From the NCBI GenBank assembly GCA_047602405.1, contig JASGHJ010000002.1, positions 2,496,001 through 2,560,000 on the forward strand: a stretch of 64,000 bases of DNA, in the 5' to 3' direction. The notes under the pieces were generated by a model. The model worked only from the letters and a program-made list of their open reading frames with translations, searched no databases and was not told the origin of the DNA. Both the position numbers and the translations under genes were made by a program. Below, piece by piece: positions 28,936 to 38,665 of this stretch; the stretch's first letter is position 1, and each line of letters opens with the position of its first letter. The DNA comes from Anaeromyxobacteraceae bacterium (lineage in GTDB: Bacteria > Myxococcota > Myxococcia > Myxococcales > Anaeromyxobacteraceae).

Positions 28936-30505
28936 AAGACAGCGCGGGCTCCAGGGTCTCCGCGAGGGGCGAGCGGAGCGCCCGGAGCCGCTGGAGCGCC
29001 GCCTGGGCCTCCTTCGGAGCCCCGGACAGCGCGGCGGTCAGGCCGAGGTTGAACCAGATGGCGTCGTCGCCGGGGCGGAGCGCGGCGGCGCGGCGCAGCG
29101 AGGCGAGGCCCTCGCCCGGCTTGCCGAGCATCGCCTGGCACAGGCCGAGGTTCATCCACGCGTGCGCGTCGCTCGGCATGAGCGCCACGGCCTGCTCGAG
29201 CAGCGGCAACGCCGCCTCGGGGCGCCGCGCCTCGCCGTGGGCGGCGCCGAGCGCCTTCAGCGCCAGGTAGTTGTCGTCGGTGACGCGCAGCGCGTGGCCG
29301 TACACCGTGAAGCTGTCCTCCCAGGTCGAGACCTGGCGCACGGTGAGCGTGGCGAGGACGAGGAGGCACCCGACGGCGGCGGCCACCACCCCGCGCCGCC
29401 ACGCCTGCGACCGCGCCGCGAGCTCCCCGGCGCTCCACGCGATCGCCACGGCGGGGCCGACGAGCGGCACGTACGTGTACCGGTCCGCCATCCCCTGCAG
29501 CCCGACCTGGATCAGGCCCGCGACCGGGAGCAGCGTCACGAGGAACCACGCGTACCCGAACGCGAGCCAGGGGCGCCGCGCGCGCTGCCACCACCCGAGC
29601 GCCCCGAGGCCCACCAGCACCGCGAGGGCGAGCCCGACCTTCCAGGCGACGAGCCCCCCCGGCGCGAGCGCGGGGTGCGGGTACGCCGCCGCGAGCCCGA
29701 CCGGCCAGACGAGCTTCCCGAGGTACGCCGCCGCCCCCAGCGCGGCGCCGCCGAGGCGCGCGGCCGGCCCGAACACCACGAGGTCGTTCACCGCCCCGCC
29801 CGCGGCCTGCGCCTGGAACGCGATCCAGGCCCCCGCGGCCGCGAGCAGCCACAGGGCCCACTTCTCGGCGACCCGCGCCACGATCCCGCCCGGCCCGATC
29901 CTCCCGAGCGGCCACGCGTCCACCAGCAGGAGCGCCGCGGGCAGCGTCACGAGCATCGCCTTCGCCATGAGCCCGAGCGCGAACGCCAGCGCCGCGAGCG
30001 CGTAGCGCCACCAGGACGGCCGCCGCGTCCACGCCACCCACGCGAGCGCGGTCGTCCACCAGAGCGCGCCCGCGAGCACGTCCTTGCGCTCCGACACCCA
30101 CGCGACCGACTCGACGCGCAGGGGGTGCAGCGCGAAGAGCGCCGCGGCGAGCAGGCTCCGCCACGTGCTCCCGGTGGCCGCGCGCAGGAGCGCGAACAGG
30201 AGCGCCGCGTTCGCCGCGTGCAGCGCGACGTTCTCGAGCTTCTGCGCGCCCGCGTCGAGGCCGAAGAGCTCGGCGTCGGCGAGGTACGACAGCCAGGTGA
30301 GCGGGTGCCAGTTGCCGAGGTAGAACGTCCCGAACGCCCACCGCACGTTCGCGCCGCCGAGCCCCTCGAGCACCCGCGCGTTCCGGGCGTAGTACGTGAG
30401 GTCGTCGACCACCACGTACGCCTGCCCGCGGACGCCGGCGTAGAGCGCGGCCGTCGCGACGAGGAGCCCGGCCGCGAGCGCCCAGGCCGGCGGCGGCGAC
30501 CTCAA
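28928..30505 (-). CDS. TMTC-like multi-pass membrane protein (GT-C-like) with C-terminal TPRs
   Basis: VDD, WHPLTWLS, LHPLRVESVAWVSERKDVL, ADRYTY, TPR tail; TTG start overlaps the coaBC stop. Confidence 0.8.
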   Translation of the reverse strand: MRSPPPAWALAAGLLVATAALYAGVRGQAYVVVDDLTYYARNARVLEGLGGANVRWAFGTFYLGNWHPLTWLSYLADAELFGLDAGAQKLENVALHAANAALLFALLRAATGSTWRSLLAAALFALHPLRVESVAWVSERKDVLAGALWWTTALAWVAWTRRPSWWRYALAALAFALGLMAKAMLVTLPAALLLVDAWPLGRIGPGGIVARVAEKWALWLLAAAGAWIAFQAQAAGGAVNDLVVFGPAARLGGAALGAAAYLGKLVWPVGLAAAYPHPALAPGGLVAWKVGLALAVLVGLGALGWWQRARRPWLAFGYAWFLVTLLPVAGLIQVGLQGMADRYTYVPLVGPAVAIAWSAGELAARSQAWRRGVVAAAVGCLLVLATLTVRQVSTWEDSFTVYGHALRVTDDNYLALKALGAAHGEARRPEAALPLLEQAVALMPSDAHAWMNLGLCQAMLGKPGEGLASLRRAAALRPGDDAIWFNLGLTAALSGAPKEAQAALQRLRALRSPLAETLEPALSSP

Positions 30506-31719
30506 GCCTTCGGCCTCCGCGCGTCGAGCACGGGCAGGATCCAGTCCAGGATCGACTCCGCCACGCGCTCCTTCGGGCCCTCGATCTCGGCGAGCTCGCT
30601 CGCGGACACGAGCGCCACCCGGTTCGTGTCGGCGCCGAACCCGGCGCCGGGCTGGCCGACCTTGTTCGCGACCACGAGGTCGCAGCGCTTGCGCTTCAGC
30701 TTCTCGCGCGCGTTCGCGATCACGTCGGTCGTCTCCGCGGCGAAGCCGACGATGACGGGGGCGTCGGGCGTCCCGGCGTGGCGCTCCCCGAGCCGCGCGA
30801 GGATGTCCGGCGTGCGCGCGAGGACGAGGGTCTCCTCCCCCTCCCCCTTCTTGATCTTCTGCGCCGCCACCACCCGCGGGCGGTAATCCGACACCGCCGC
30901 GGCCGCGACGAAGAGATCCACGCCCTCCGACGCTGCCTCGACCGCGTTCGACATCTGCTCGGCGGTCTCGACCCGCACGAGCTTCACGCCGCCGGGCGGC
31001 TCGAGGGCGGTCGGCCCGGTCACGAGCACGACCTCCGCCCCGCGCCGCGCGGCCACCCGCGCGACGGCGTAGCCCATCTTGCCGGACGACGGGTTCGTGA
31101 CGAACCGCACGGGATCGATCGGCTCGCGCGTCGGCCCGGCCGTCACGAGCACCTTCCGACCGGAGAGGTCGAGGTTGCCGAGCAGCCGCGAGGCCGCGAG
31201 CGCGATGTCGGTGGGCTCCGCGAGCCGCCCCTCCCCCACGTCGCCGTCCGCGAGCTCGCCCGCCCCGGGCCCGACCACGTGGTACCCGCGTTCCTTCAGC
31301 GCGAGCAGGTTCTCCTGCACCGCCGCGTTCTGCCACATCCGCGTGTTCATCGCCGGCGCGAGCAGGACCGGGCAGCGCACCGCGAGGAGCGTGGTCGTGA
31401 CCGCGTCGTCGCCCATGCCGGCGCGCGCCCGCGCGATGAGGTCGGCGGTGGCCGGCGCGACCACGACGAGGTCGGCCGCCCGCGCGTAGGCGAGGTGCCC
31501 GTACGTGAGGTCGAACGCCGGGTCGAAGAGGTCGGTGAGCACCGGGCCGCCGGAGAGCGCCTGGAACGTCAGGGGCTGGACGAACCGCGTGGCCGCCGGG
31601 GTCATCACCACGCGCGCGGTGCCGCCCCCCTTCACGACCAGTCGCACGACCTCGCAGGCCTTGTAGGCGGCGATCCCGCCGCCCACGGCCACGATCACGG
31701 TCCGGTTCTGGAAGCGCAT
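30502..31719 (-). CDS. coaBC: Phosphopantothenoylcysteine decarboxylase/ligase
   Basis: GGIAAYKA, APAMNTRM, TAGPTREPIDPVRF, SSGKMG, GFAAET. Confidence 0.96.
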   Translation of the reverse strand: MRFQNRTVIVAVGGGIAAYKACEVVRLVVKGGGTARVVMTPAATRFVQPLTFQALSGGPVLTDLFDPAFDLTYGHLAYARAADLVVVAPATADLIARARAGMGDDAVTTTLLAVRCPVLLAPAMNTRMWQNAAVQENLLALKERGYHVVGPGAGELADGDVGEGRLAEPTDIALAASRLLGNLDLSGRKVLVTAGPTREPIDPVRFVTNPSSGKMGYAVARVAARRGAEVVLVTGPTALEPPGGVKLVRVETAEQMSNAVEAASEGVDLFVAAAAVSDYRPRVVAAQKIKKGEGEETLVLARTPDILARLGERHAGTPDAPVIVGFAAETTDVIANAREKLKRKRCDLVVANKVGQPGAGFGADTNRVALVSASELAEIEGPKERVAESILDWILPVLDARRPKA

Positions 31720-31792
31720 GGCGCGCATCTTACCCGTTTGCCCGCCGCGTGCCCTTTCCAGGCCGGGGTGGCCGGTGTCATGCTGCCGCGCC

Positions 31793-32806
31793 GTGGACGG
31801 TCCCGAGCCCGAGACGCCCGCGCCGCCCGGGCCCACCGAGACGCCGGGTGCCACCGCCTCACCCCCCGCCCCCGCGCCGTCGCCCGCCGCCCCTCCCGCC
31901 GGCCCGCCGCGGAAGAGCGCCTCGCTCTTCTTCCTGACCGTGTTCCTGCTCATGCCGCTCGCGGGCCTCGCCCAGGGCTCGAGCATGCTCGGCGGCCTCC
32001 TCTGGTCCGAGCTCTTCGTGTTCCTCGTCCCGGCCCTCGTCGCGACCGCGGGCTCCGGCCTCCGCCTCCGCGCCTACCTCGGGCTCGGCCGCACCGAGCC
32101 CGCCCTGCTCGTGCTCGGCGGGCTCGCCGGCGCCGCGGGGACGCTGCTCGCGGTGGTGCTGCAGGCGGGCGTCGTCCGGGTGGTGCCGCCCGCGTGGCTC
32201 GAGTCCTTCGACGTCGCCCAGCACTTCCGCGGCCCGGCCTGGGAGCGCTGGGCCATCGCCGCCACCGCCTCCATCGCGGCGCCGCTCTGCGAGGAGGTCG
32301 CCTTCCGCGGCTACCTCCTGCGCACGCTCCGCCTGCGGCGCGGCCCGGGCGCCGCCATCGCGATCTCCGCCGCGCTCTTCGCGGTCACGCACCTCAACCC
32401 GGTCCTCCTCGTCGGCCTGGTGGGCCTCGGCGTCCTCTTCGGCTGGCTCGCCGTGCGCGGGGGCTCCCTCTGGCCCGCGGTGGCCGCCCACGCCGGCAAC
32501 AACGCGGTCGTGTCCTGGGCGCTCGTGCACGCCGACGAGGCCGGCGCGCGCGACGTCGCCGCCGCCCCGCCGCAGGCCGGCCCGCTGCTCGCGACCCTGG
32601 TCCTCGGCCTCGCCGTGCTCGTGCCCGTGCTCGTCGCCTTCGCGCGCGCCGCGGCCACGCTGCCCCCGCCGCAGGACCCGCTCGCGCCCCGGGATCCGGC
32701 GTCGCCTCCGGGCCCGTTCCGGCTCGCGCGCGTGCCCCTCGCGCTCCGGCTGGCGGTCCCTGCCGGCGCGCTCGCGCTCGCGGCGCTCGCGCTGCTCCGG
32801 CGATAG
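31793..32806 (+). CDS. CPBP (CAAX/Abi) intramembrane metalloprotease
   Basis: EEVAFRG, FAVTH, HAGNN motifs; start uncertain. Confidence 0.85.
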   Translation: MDGPEPETPAPPGPTETPGATASPPAPAPSPAAPPAGPPRKSASLFFLTVFLLMPLAGLAQGSSMLGGLLWSELFVFLVPALVATAGSGLRLRAYLGLGRTEPALLVLGGLAGAAGTLLAVVLQAGVVRVVPPAWLESFDVAQHFRGPAWERWAIAATASIAAPLCEEVAFRGYLLRTLRLRRGPGAAIAISAALFAVTHLNPVLLVGLVGLGVLFGWLAVRGGSLWPAVAAHAGNNAVVSWALVHADEAGARDVAAAPPQAGPLLATLVLGLAVLVPVLVAFARAAATLPPPQDPLAPRDPASPPGPFRLARVPLALRLAVPAGALALAALALLRR

Positions 32807-32880
32807 CCTGGTTCGCCCCTCGTCTCCGGGCCGCCTCGCGGCCCTGCGCGCGGAGCTGACGGCGCGCCCGGGGGCGGGCC

Positions 32881-33501
32881 TCACAGCCGCCCCATCCACT
32901 CCACCACCTCCCGCCCCACCCGTGGCAACCCGGCGGACCAGGTCGGGTCCGCGCCCGGCACCACCTCCACCGCGGCGGCCGCGCCGAGCACCGCCCGGAG
33001 CCCCTCGGGCCCCGCGGCCGCGCCGCGCTCGGGCAGGACGACGAGCACCGGCACACCTCCGGGGAGCGCCCCGGCTGGCACCCCCGCGGGCGCCACGAGG
33101 GCCACCCCCGCGCAGCGCCCCGGCCCGGCCTCGGCGGCGAGCGCGAGCGCCGTCGCCGCACCCGCCCCGACCCCCGCGATCGCCGCCGGCCCGCGCGCGG
33201 AGGCCTCGAGGTGGGCGAGCGCCGCGCGCGCGTCGTCGAGCGCGCGGGCCGGGTCGGCCGTCCCCTGCGAGGCGCCCACCCCGCGGTGCTGGAACCGCAG
33301 CGACGGGTGTCCCGCGCGCGCCGCGGCCCAGGCGAGCTCCGCGACGGCGGGCGCGTCCATGCCACCCCCGGGCCCCGGCGCCGGGCAGACGAGCAGTGCG
33401 GGTCGGCGTGACCCGCGGTGGAAGAGCCCCTCGAGGACCAGCGCGCCGCCGTCGGCGGCGACGAGCGCGGGGCGCTCGAGGAACTGGCCGGCGAGCACCA
33501 T
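32881..33501 (-). CDS. Alpha/beta hydrolase-fold protein, probably lacking the nucleophile
   Basis: GGGMDAP, LRFQHRGVGASQG; GVGAG in place of GxSxG. Confidence 0.7.
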   Translation of the reverse strand: MVLAGQFLERPALVAADGGALVLEGLFHRGSRRPALLVCPAPGPGGGMDAPAVAELAWAAARAGHPSLRFQHRGVGASQGTADPARALDDARAALAHLEASARGPAAIAGVGAGAATALALAAEAGPGRCAGVALVAPAGVPAGALPGGVPVLVVLPERGAAAGPEGLRAVLGAAAAVEVVPGADPTWSAGLPRVGREVVEWMGRL

Positions 33502-33593
33502 CGCCGGAATCCTACCGGGACCTCGGCCGTTCGACGTGCAGATCGACACCAGGCGCCGTACATGGTCGGATGGAGCCGAGATCCGGAGGACCC

Positions 33594-34142
33594 GTGAACC
33601 GCACCCTCATCGCCCTGTCCCTCGCCGCCGCCCTCGCCCTCCCCGCCCTGGCCTCCGCCCAGGAGCAGAAGCGCGGGCCGTCCACCGTCGCCGAGCGCCG
33701 GCGCGTCGTCGAGATCACCCGGCGCCTCGAGAAGGTCCCCTTCTCGAAGAGCGCCGACAACGACCGGGTGTGGCTCATGACCTGGATCGACGAGGTCCCG
33801 GACGTGAACATCCGGTACTGCCCCGGCCCGCTGTACGGGCTCATCGAGGGTCAGTACGAGGGCCGGGCGTTCTGGGTGCAGTCGCTCTTCGGGATGTCGG
33901 CGTACCTCGTCGAACACTACCCGGACCGGGAGAAGGCCGACTGGATCAAGGTCCAGATCGCCGGGCTCGAGAGCGCGATCGCGTCCTACCAGACGGCGCG
34001 CAAGGGCGACGAGGTCGGGAAGATCCCCGCGCTCGAGAAGCTCGTGAAGGCGAAGGCGGCGGGGACGCTCGCGAAGGTCGTGCGCGAGGAGATGGAGGCG
34101 TGCGACCCGAACTTCACGCCCATCCCGTCCGACGCCATCTAG
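33594..34142 (+). CDS. Hypothetical secreted protein
   Basis: GGAGGA upstream of GTG, signal peptide ending ASA-Q, host-like codon usage. Confidence 0.7.
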   Translation: MNRTLIALSLAAALALPALASAQEQKRGPSTVAERRRVVEITRRLEKVPFSKSADNDRVWLMTWIDEVPDVNIRYCPGPLYGLIEGQYEGRAFWVQSLFGMSAYLVEHYPDREKADWIKVQIAGLESAIASYQTARKGDEVGKIPALEKLVKAKAAGTLAKVVREEMEACDPNFTPIPSDAI

Positions 34143-34148
34143 GAAGAC

Positions 34149-35354
34149 CTACCCCCGCCGCAGCACGAGGCACTTCAGGTAGCGCCCCTCCCGGAACTGC
34201 AGCGACACCGGGTGGTCGGGCGGCTGGCGCGTCTCGCGCACGAGCTGGAGGTCGACCTTCGCCTTGAAGGCGGCCTCCTTCACCGCGTCGGTGAACTGCT
34301 CCGCCGAGACCCGCGCCGAGCACGAGGCGGTCACGAGGAGCCCGCCCGGCGAGAGCACCGCGAGCGCGGCCCGGTTGAGCGACGCGTAGCCGGCGAGCGC
34401 CCCCTCCACCGCCTTCTGGGACTTCGCGAACGCGGGCGGGTCGCACACGACGAGGTCGAACCGCCGCCCCTCCCGCTTGTAGCGCGCGAGGATCTCGAAC
34501 GCGTCCTCGGTCGCGAACGCGTGGTCGGCCATCTGCAGGCCGTTCACCTTGAAGTTCTCGCGGGCGAGCGCGATGGCGTCGGCGTCCACGTCGACGGTCA
34601 CGACGTGCTTCGCGCCGCCGAGCGCGGCCGCCACCGAGAAGCCGCCGGTGTAGCCGAACAGGTTGAGCGCCTCGGCGCGCCCGCGCGCGAGCTCGCGCAC
34701 CATCCGCCGGTTCTCCCGCTGGTCGAGGAAGAACCCGGTCTTCTGCCCGCGCCGCACGTCCACGAGCACCTTCATCCCGTGCTCGTCGATGGTGATCTGC
34801 TCCGGGGGCTCGGCGCCCCACAGCACCTTCCCGGAGCCCTTCTCGTCGCCGCCGCCGTCGTCCGCGTCGTCGCGCCCGATCTCGTCGCGCCCGAAGACGC
34901 CGGCGATCCCGGGGACCTCCGCGCGGAGCGCCTCGACGATCGCCCCGCGGTGCGGCGTGAGCCCCGCCGAGTAGAGCTTCATCACGAGGAAGCGGTCGTA
35001 CCGGTCCACGACGATGCCCGGCAGGCCGTCGGACTCGCCGTGCACGACGCGGTACCCGGTCGTGCCCTCTACGAGCTCGGCCCGCAGCGCGTGGGCCCGC
35101 GCGATGCGCCGCCGCCAGAACGCGGCGTCGACCGCCTCGGCCGGCTCGCGGGTGAGCACGCGCACCGTGATGGCGGAGTGCGGATTGAGGTAGCCGCGCG
35201 CGACGAAGCGGCCGCCCTCGGTCACGTCCACGATGGTGCCCGCGGCGAGCCCCTTCGGCGCGCGCTCGATGGCCTTCCTGAACACCCACGGGTGGCCCGC
35301 CCGCAGGTGCCGGACGAGATCCTCCTGCAGCGCGAGCTGGGGGACGTCGCTCAT
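34149..35354 (-). CDS. RlmI-like class I SAM-dependent rRNA methyltransferase
   Basis: GHPWVF PUA domain, GESDGLPG, GQKTGFFLDQRENR, DPPAFAK. Confidence 0.88.
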   Translation of the reverse strand: MSDVPQLALQEDLVRHLRAGHPWVFRKAIERAPKGLAAGTIVDVTEGGRFVARGYLNPHSAITVRVLTREPAEAVDAAFWRRRIARAHALRAELVEGTTGYRVVHGESDGLPGIVVDRYDRFLVMKLYSAGLTPHRGAIVEALRAEVPGIAGVFGRDEIGRDDADDGGGDEKGSGKVLWGAEPPEQITIDEHGMKVLVDVRRGQKTGFFLDQRENRRMVRELARGRAEALNLFGYTGGFSVAAALGGAKHVVTVDVDADAIALARENFKVNGLQMADHAFATEDAFEILARYKREGRRFDLVVCDPPAFAKSQKAVEGALAGYASLNRAALAVLSPGGLLVTASCSARVSAEQFTDAVKEAAFKAKVDLQLVRETRQPPDHPVSLQFREGRYLKCLVLRRG

Positions 35355-36739
35355 CTCCGTGCCTTCCTGGTCGCGGCGGCCTCGCCGGCCCTGCCGCGCC
35401 TGCCGGCCTCGCCGGGCCCCGGCGCGGGTCGGCCCGACCGCTGGGGCCGGGCGCGCTCGGTGCGCGCCCTCGAGAAGTTTCCGACCACGAGCCCGGGCCG
35501 GGCCGCCCGGAGCGCGCGCACGAGTGCCGCGATGCCGAGCGCGGGGCCCCGCCCGCCGCGGTCCGCGGCGATGGCCCAGTAGACGTCGGGATCGATGGCG
35601 AGCGGGCGGGTCTGGATCTGGTCGACGCCGGCGTCCGCGACGAGCGCGGCGAGCGCCTCGACCTCGCCCGCGCGATCCGTGACGCCGGGGAACGTGAGGA
35701 GGTTGAGCGCCACGTACGCGCCGCGCGCCTTCGCGGTCCGGATCGAGCGGAACACGTCGGCGAGGCCGTAGCCGGTGGGCCGGTAGTAGGCCCGGTAGAG
35801 GTCCTCGTGCGCCGAGTTGAGCGAGATGCGCACCGAGTCGAGCCCGGCGTCGCAGAGCTTCCCGAGCGCGTCGGGGAGCGAGCCGTTCGTGTTCGCGTGG
35901 ATCGAGCCCTTCGACGTTTCCGCACGCACGAGCCGGATCGCCCGCTCGAGCTCCTTCCAGCGCGTGAGCGGCTCGCCCTCGCAACCCTGGCCGAAGCTCA
36001 CCATCAGCTTCCCGCGGGCGCGGCGGAGGTGCCGGAGCGCGACCTCGGCCATCTCGGCCGCGGTGGGCGCGCGCGGGATGCGCTCGTGCGACGAGGGCGG
36101 CATCCCCTCCTGCGTCTCGGAGAGGCAGCCGACGCACGAGGCGTTGCACGAGGCCGACGACGGGATCGCCCCCTCGTCGCGCGCGTAGAAGGTGTTCTGC
36201 GCGGTGAAGCAGCGCCACTCGAGCGCGCAGCGCGCGAGCTGCCGGTAGATCGGGTTCGGCGTCTCGGCGAGCGTCCGCTCGACGAGCGCCGGCAGGTCCG
36301 AGGTCGAGTGCGACGCCGGGCTCCAGTGGCCGCGCCGGTCGGTGTGGAGCGCCCAGACCGCGGGGCCGTCCGGGCCGAGCGCCGCCGCGGTGTACGCCCA
36401 TTGCGGGAGCACCGGCGCCTCCGCGGCGGTCGCGAGCGGCGGGCGCGCGGCGGCGGGCAGGAAGGTGCGGGTGAAGCCGGGCGGCAGGGCTGCGCCCACC
36501 GCGTGCGGGACGAAGCGGCGCCGCCCGACCCGGGCCTCCCTGAGCACCACCTGCGCGCCGGTCCCGGGATCGATCCCGACGGGCCGGCGCCCCGGCAGGT
36601 ACGTGAGCGTCGCGCCCTCCGGCAGTGCGAGCGGCCGCTCCCGGGGGAGGAGCGTCTCGCCGCCCGAGCGGACGGCCGCGAGGAGGTCGGGGTGGTCGTA
36701 GACGACCCCGCGGTCGTCGGCGAAGAGGAGGCGCAGCAT
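35351..36739 (-). CDS. Radical SAM protein of unknown function
   Basis: [23 protein letters not shown]. Confidence 0.85.
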   Translation of the reverse strand: MLRLLFADDRGVVYDHPDLLAAVRSGGETLLPRERPLALPEGATLTYLPGRRPVGIDPGTGAQVVLREARVGRRRFVPHAVGAALPPGFTRTFLPAAARPPLATAAEAPVLPQWAYTAAALGPDGPAVWALHTDRRGHWSPASHSTSDLPALVERTLAETPNPIYRQLARCALEWRCFTAQNTFYARDEGAIPSSASCNASCVGCLSETQEGMPPSSHERIPRAPTAAEMAEVALRHLRRARGKLMVSFGQGCEGEPLTRWKELERAIRLVRAETSKGSIHANTNGSLPDALGKLCDAGLDSVRISLNSAHEDLYRAYYRPTGYGLADVFRSIRTAKARGAYVALNLLTFPGVTDRAGEVEALAALVADAGVDQIQTRPLAIDPDVYWAIAADRGGRGPALGIAALVRALRAARPGLVVGNFSRARTERARPQRSGRPAPGPGEAGRRGRAGEAAATRKARR

Positions 36740-36896
36740 CGGTCGGCGGGGTCTTACCACGGAGGCTCGGGCTCACGAAGGTGGTGGCCGGTCTCGAGGG
36801 AAGCTGGACCCCACCCGCTGACAGCTTGAATTTCCTCGGGTTCCGGGCCTTCGCCCCCCGGCACCCCGATTGGACGGTCCGCCCGGCGTCCGGCCG

Positions 36897-36921
36897 GGAA
36901 TCTACCGGGCGGGCGGCTGTT
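36897..36921 (+). promoter_or_regulatory. Candidate SigH/SigR-type ECF promoter (autoregulation)
   Basis: GGAAT-N17-GTT upstream of the ECF sigma gene. Confidence 0.5.
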
Positions 36922-37032
36922 TCTCCCGGAAGAGCGGGGGGTTCGCTTGGCGCGGCGGCGGGGCGCAAGGTAGTAACGATCGATCGCGGCGCTGGAGTCC
37001 GCGCGGCAGTGCACGAGTCATCGGGGAACCTG

Positions 37033-37677
37033 ATGTTCGACCTTCGGCAGAACGACCTGACGCGCGAGGAGTTCGAGGCGCTGGCCCTGCGCCACCTCGA
37101 CCCGCTCTACTCGGCGGCGCTGCGTCTCACGAAGAACGACCGCGACGCGGAGGATCTCGTGCAGGACACGTTCCTGCGCGCCTACCGGTTCTTCGACAAG
37201 TTCGAGCGCGGCACGAACATCAAGGCCTGGCTCTTCAAGATCCTCACGAACACCTTCATCAACCGGTATCGCCGCTCCGTGAAGGAGCGCTCCATCGTCG
37301 AGGGTTCGGAGCGCGAGGCGGTGCACGAGCGCTTCGTCTCCCGGGACGCCGCCGACTACGCCGCGAACCCGGAGCAGTACTTCTTCGACCGCCTGCTCTC
37401 CGACGACGTGCTCCGCGCCGTCGACTCCCTGCCCATCGACTTCCGGATGGTCGTGATCCTCGCCGACCTGCAGGAGTTCTCCTACAAGGAGATCGCCGAG
37501 ATCCTGGACGTGCCGGTGGGCACCGTCATGAGCCGGCTCTACCGCGGGCGGCGCCTCCTGCAGAAGGCCCTCGCCTCCTACGCGGTCGACTCGGGCGTGG
37601 TCTCCGACGACGGCGCCGACGACGGCGCTCCCCTCGACCTCGATGCCTGGCGGAAGCGCAAGGGGCGCTCCGCCTGA
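37033..37677 (+). CDS. ECF sigma factor (SigH/SigR-like; myxobacterial RpoE1-like)
   Basis: [46 protein letters not shown]. Confidence 0.92.
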   Translation: MFDLRQNDLTREEFEALALRHLDPLYSAALRLTKNDRDAEDLVQDTFLRAYRFFDKFERGTNIKAWLFKILTNTFINRYRRSVKERSIVEGSEREAVHERFVSRDAADYAANPEQYFFDRLLSDDVLRAVDSLPIDFRMVVILADLQEFSYKEIAEILDVPVGTVMSRLYRGRRLLQKALASYAVDSGVVSDDGADDGAPLDLDAWRKRKGRSA

Positions 37678-37694
37678 ACGGGAACGACCGCGCC

Positions 37695-38510
37695 ATGTCG
37701 ATCGAACCCCTGAACGCCGCGATGGACTGCACCGAGCTCGAGCGCTCGGTGGACGCCTGGCTCGACGGCGAGCTCGACGACCGCGACCGCACCGAGGTCG
37801 ATCGTCACCTCGAGGCCTGCCCGCGCTGCCGCCCGCTCGCCGACGCGCGCGCCCGCCTCCGCCTCGCCACCCGCGCGAAGCTCAAGGAGGCCATGGGCCC
37901 CGGCGCCGCCGCAGGCGTCGCGCCGCCCGCGCTGCGCGCGCGCGTCGTCACCGCGCTCGCGAAGGAGCGCCGCCCGCTCTGGCGCCGCGTGCTCGCGCCC
38001 GTGCCCCTCGCGACGCTCGCCGCCTGCGCCGCCGGCGCGCTCGTCGTGATCGCGATGCGCCCCGACGACACGCTCCTCGAGGAGGCCATCGCGAAGCACC
38101 ACCGCGACCTCCCGCTCGAGGTCACCACCGCCTCGATGGCGGAGGCCACCCTGCCCGCCTGGTTCACCGGCAAGCTCGACTTCAAGCCCACCCCGCCCAA
38201 GCTCGAGGACGGCGGTGCGCGCATGATCGGTGCGCGGCTCTCCCACCTCCGCGAGTGGCCGGCGGCCTACTTCCGGTACGCGCTCCCGCGCGGCAACGCC
38301 GGGCTCTTCATCGTGGACGACCCGTCCGGCAAGTTCGGGACGGCCGGCCGCGAGGTCCAGGTGGGTCCGGACACGGTCCGGCTCGCGAACGCGAAGGGCT
38401 ACAACGTCGCGGTCTGGCGCCAGGACGAGATCGTCTACTCGCTCGTCTCGGATCTCGACGAGGGCGACCTCTTCAAGCTCGTGCGGGCCGCCCGGGCCGA
38501 TCACCGCTAG
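37695..38510 (+). CDS. Zinc-finger (HxxxCxxC) transmembrane anti-sigma factor
   Basis: WLDGEL...HLEACPRC, central hydrophobic segment, directly after the sigma gene. Confidence 0.88.
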   Translation: MSIEPLNAAMDCTELERSVDAWLDGELDDRDRTEVDRHLEACPRCRPLADARARLRLATRAKLKEAMGPGAAAGVAPPALRARVVTALAKERRPLWRRVLAPVPLATLAACAAGALVVIAMRPDDTLLEEAIAKHHRDLPLEVTTASMAEATLPAWFTGKLDFKPTPPKLEDGGARMIGARLSHLREWPAAYFRYALPRGNAGLFIVDDPSGKFGTAGREVQVGPDTVRLANAKGYNVAVWRQDEIVYSLVSDLDEGDLFKLVRAARADHR

Positions 38511-38665
38511 GGCAGGAGCGAGCGGGCCCCCGGCAAGCGGCCGATACCGCCCGCGGGCGTCCCGATCACAGGGTAGGCCCTTCGGCTTTACTCGTTCCGG
38601 TGCACGCCGGTAACATCGCGGCCGAGCCCCGGGACCGCTCTTCGCGGACCTGCGCCTCCCCTGAC

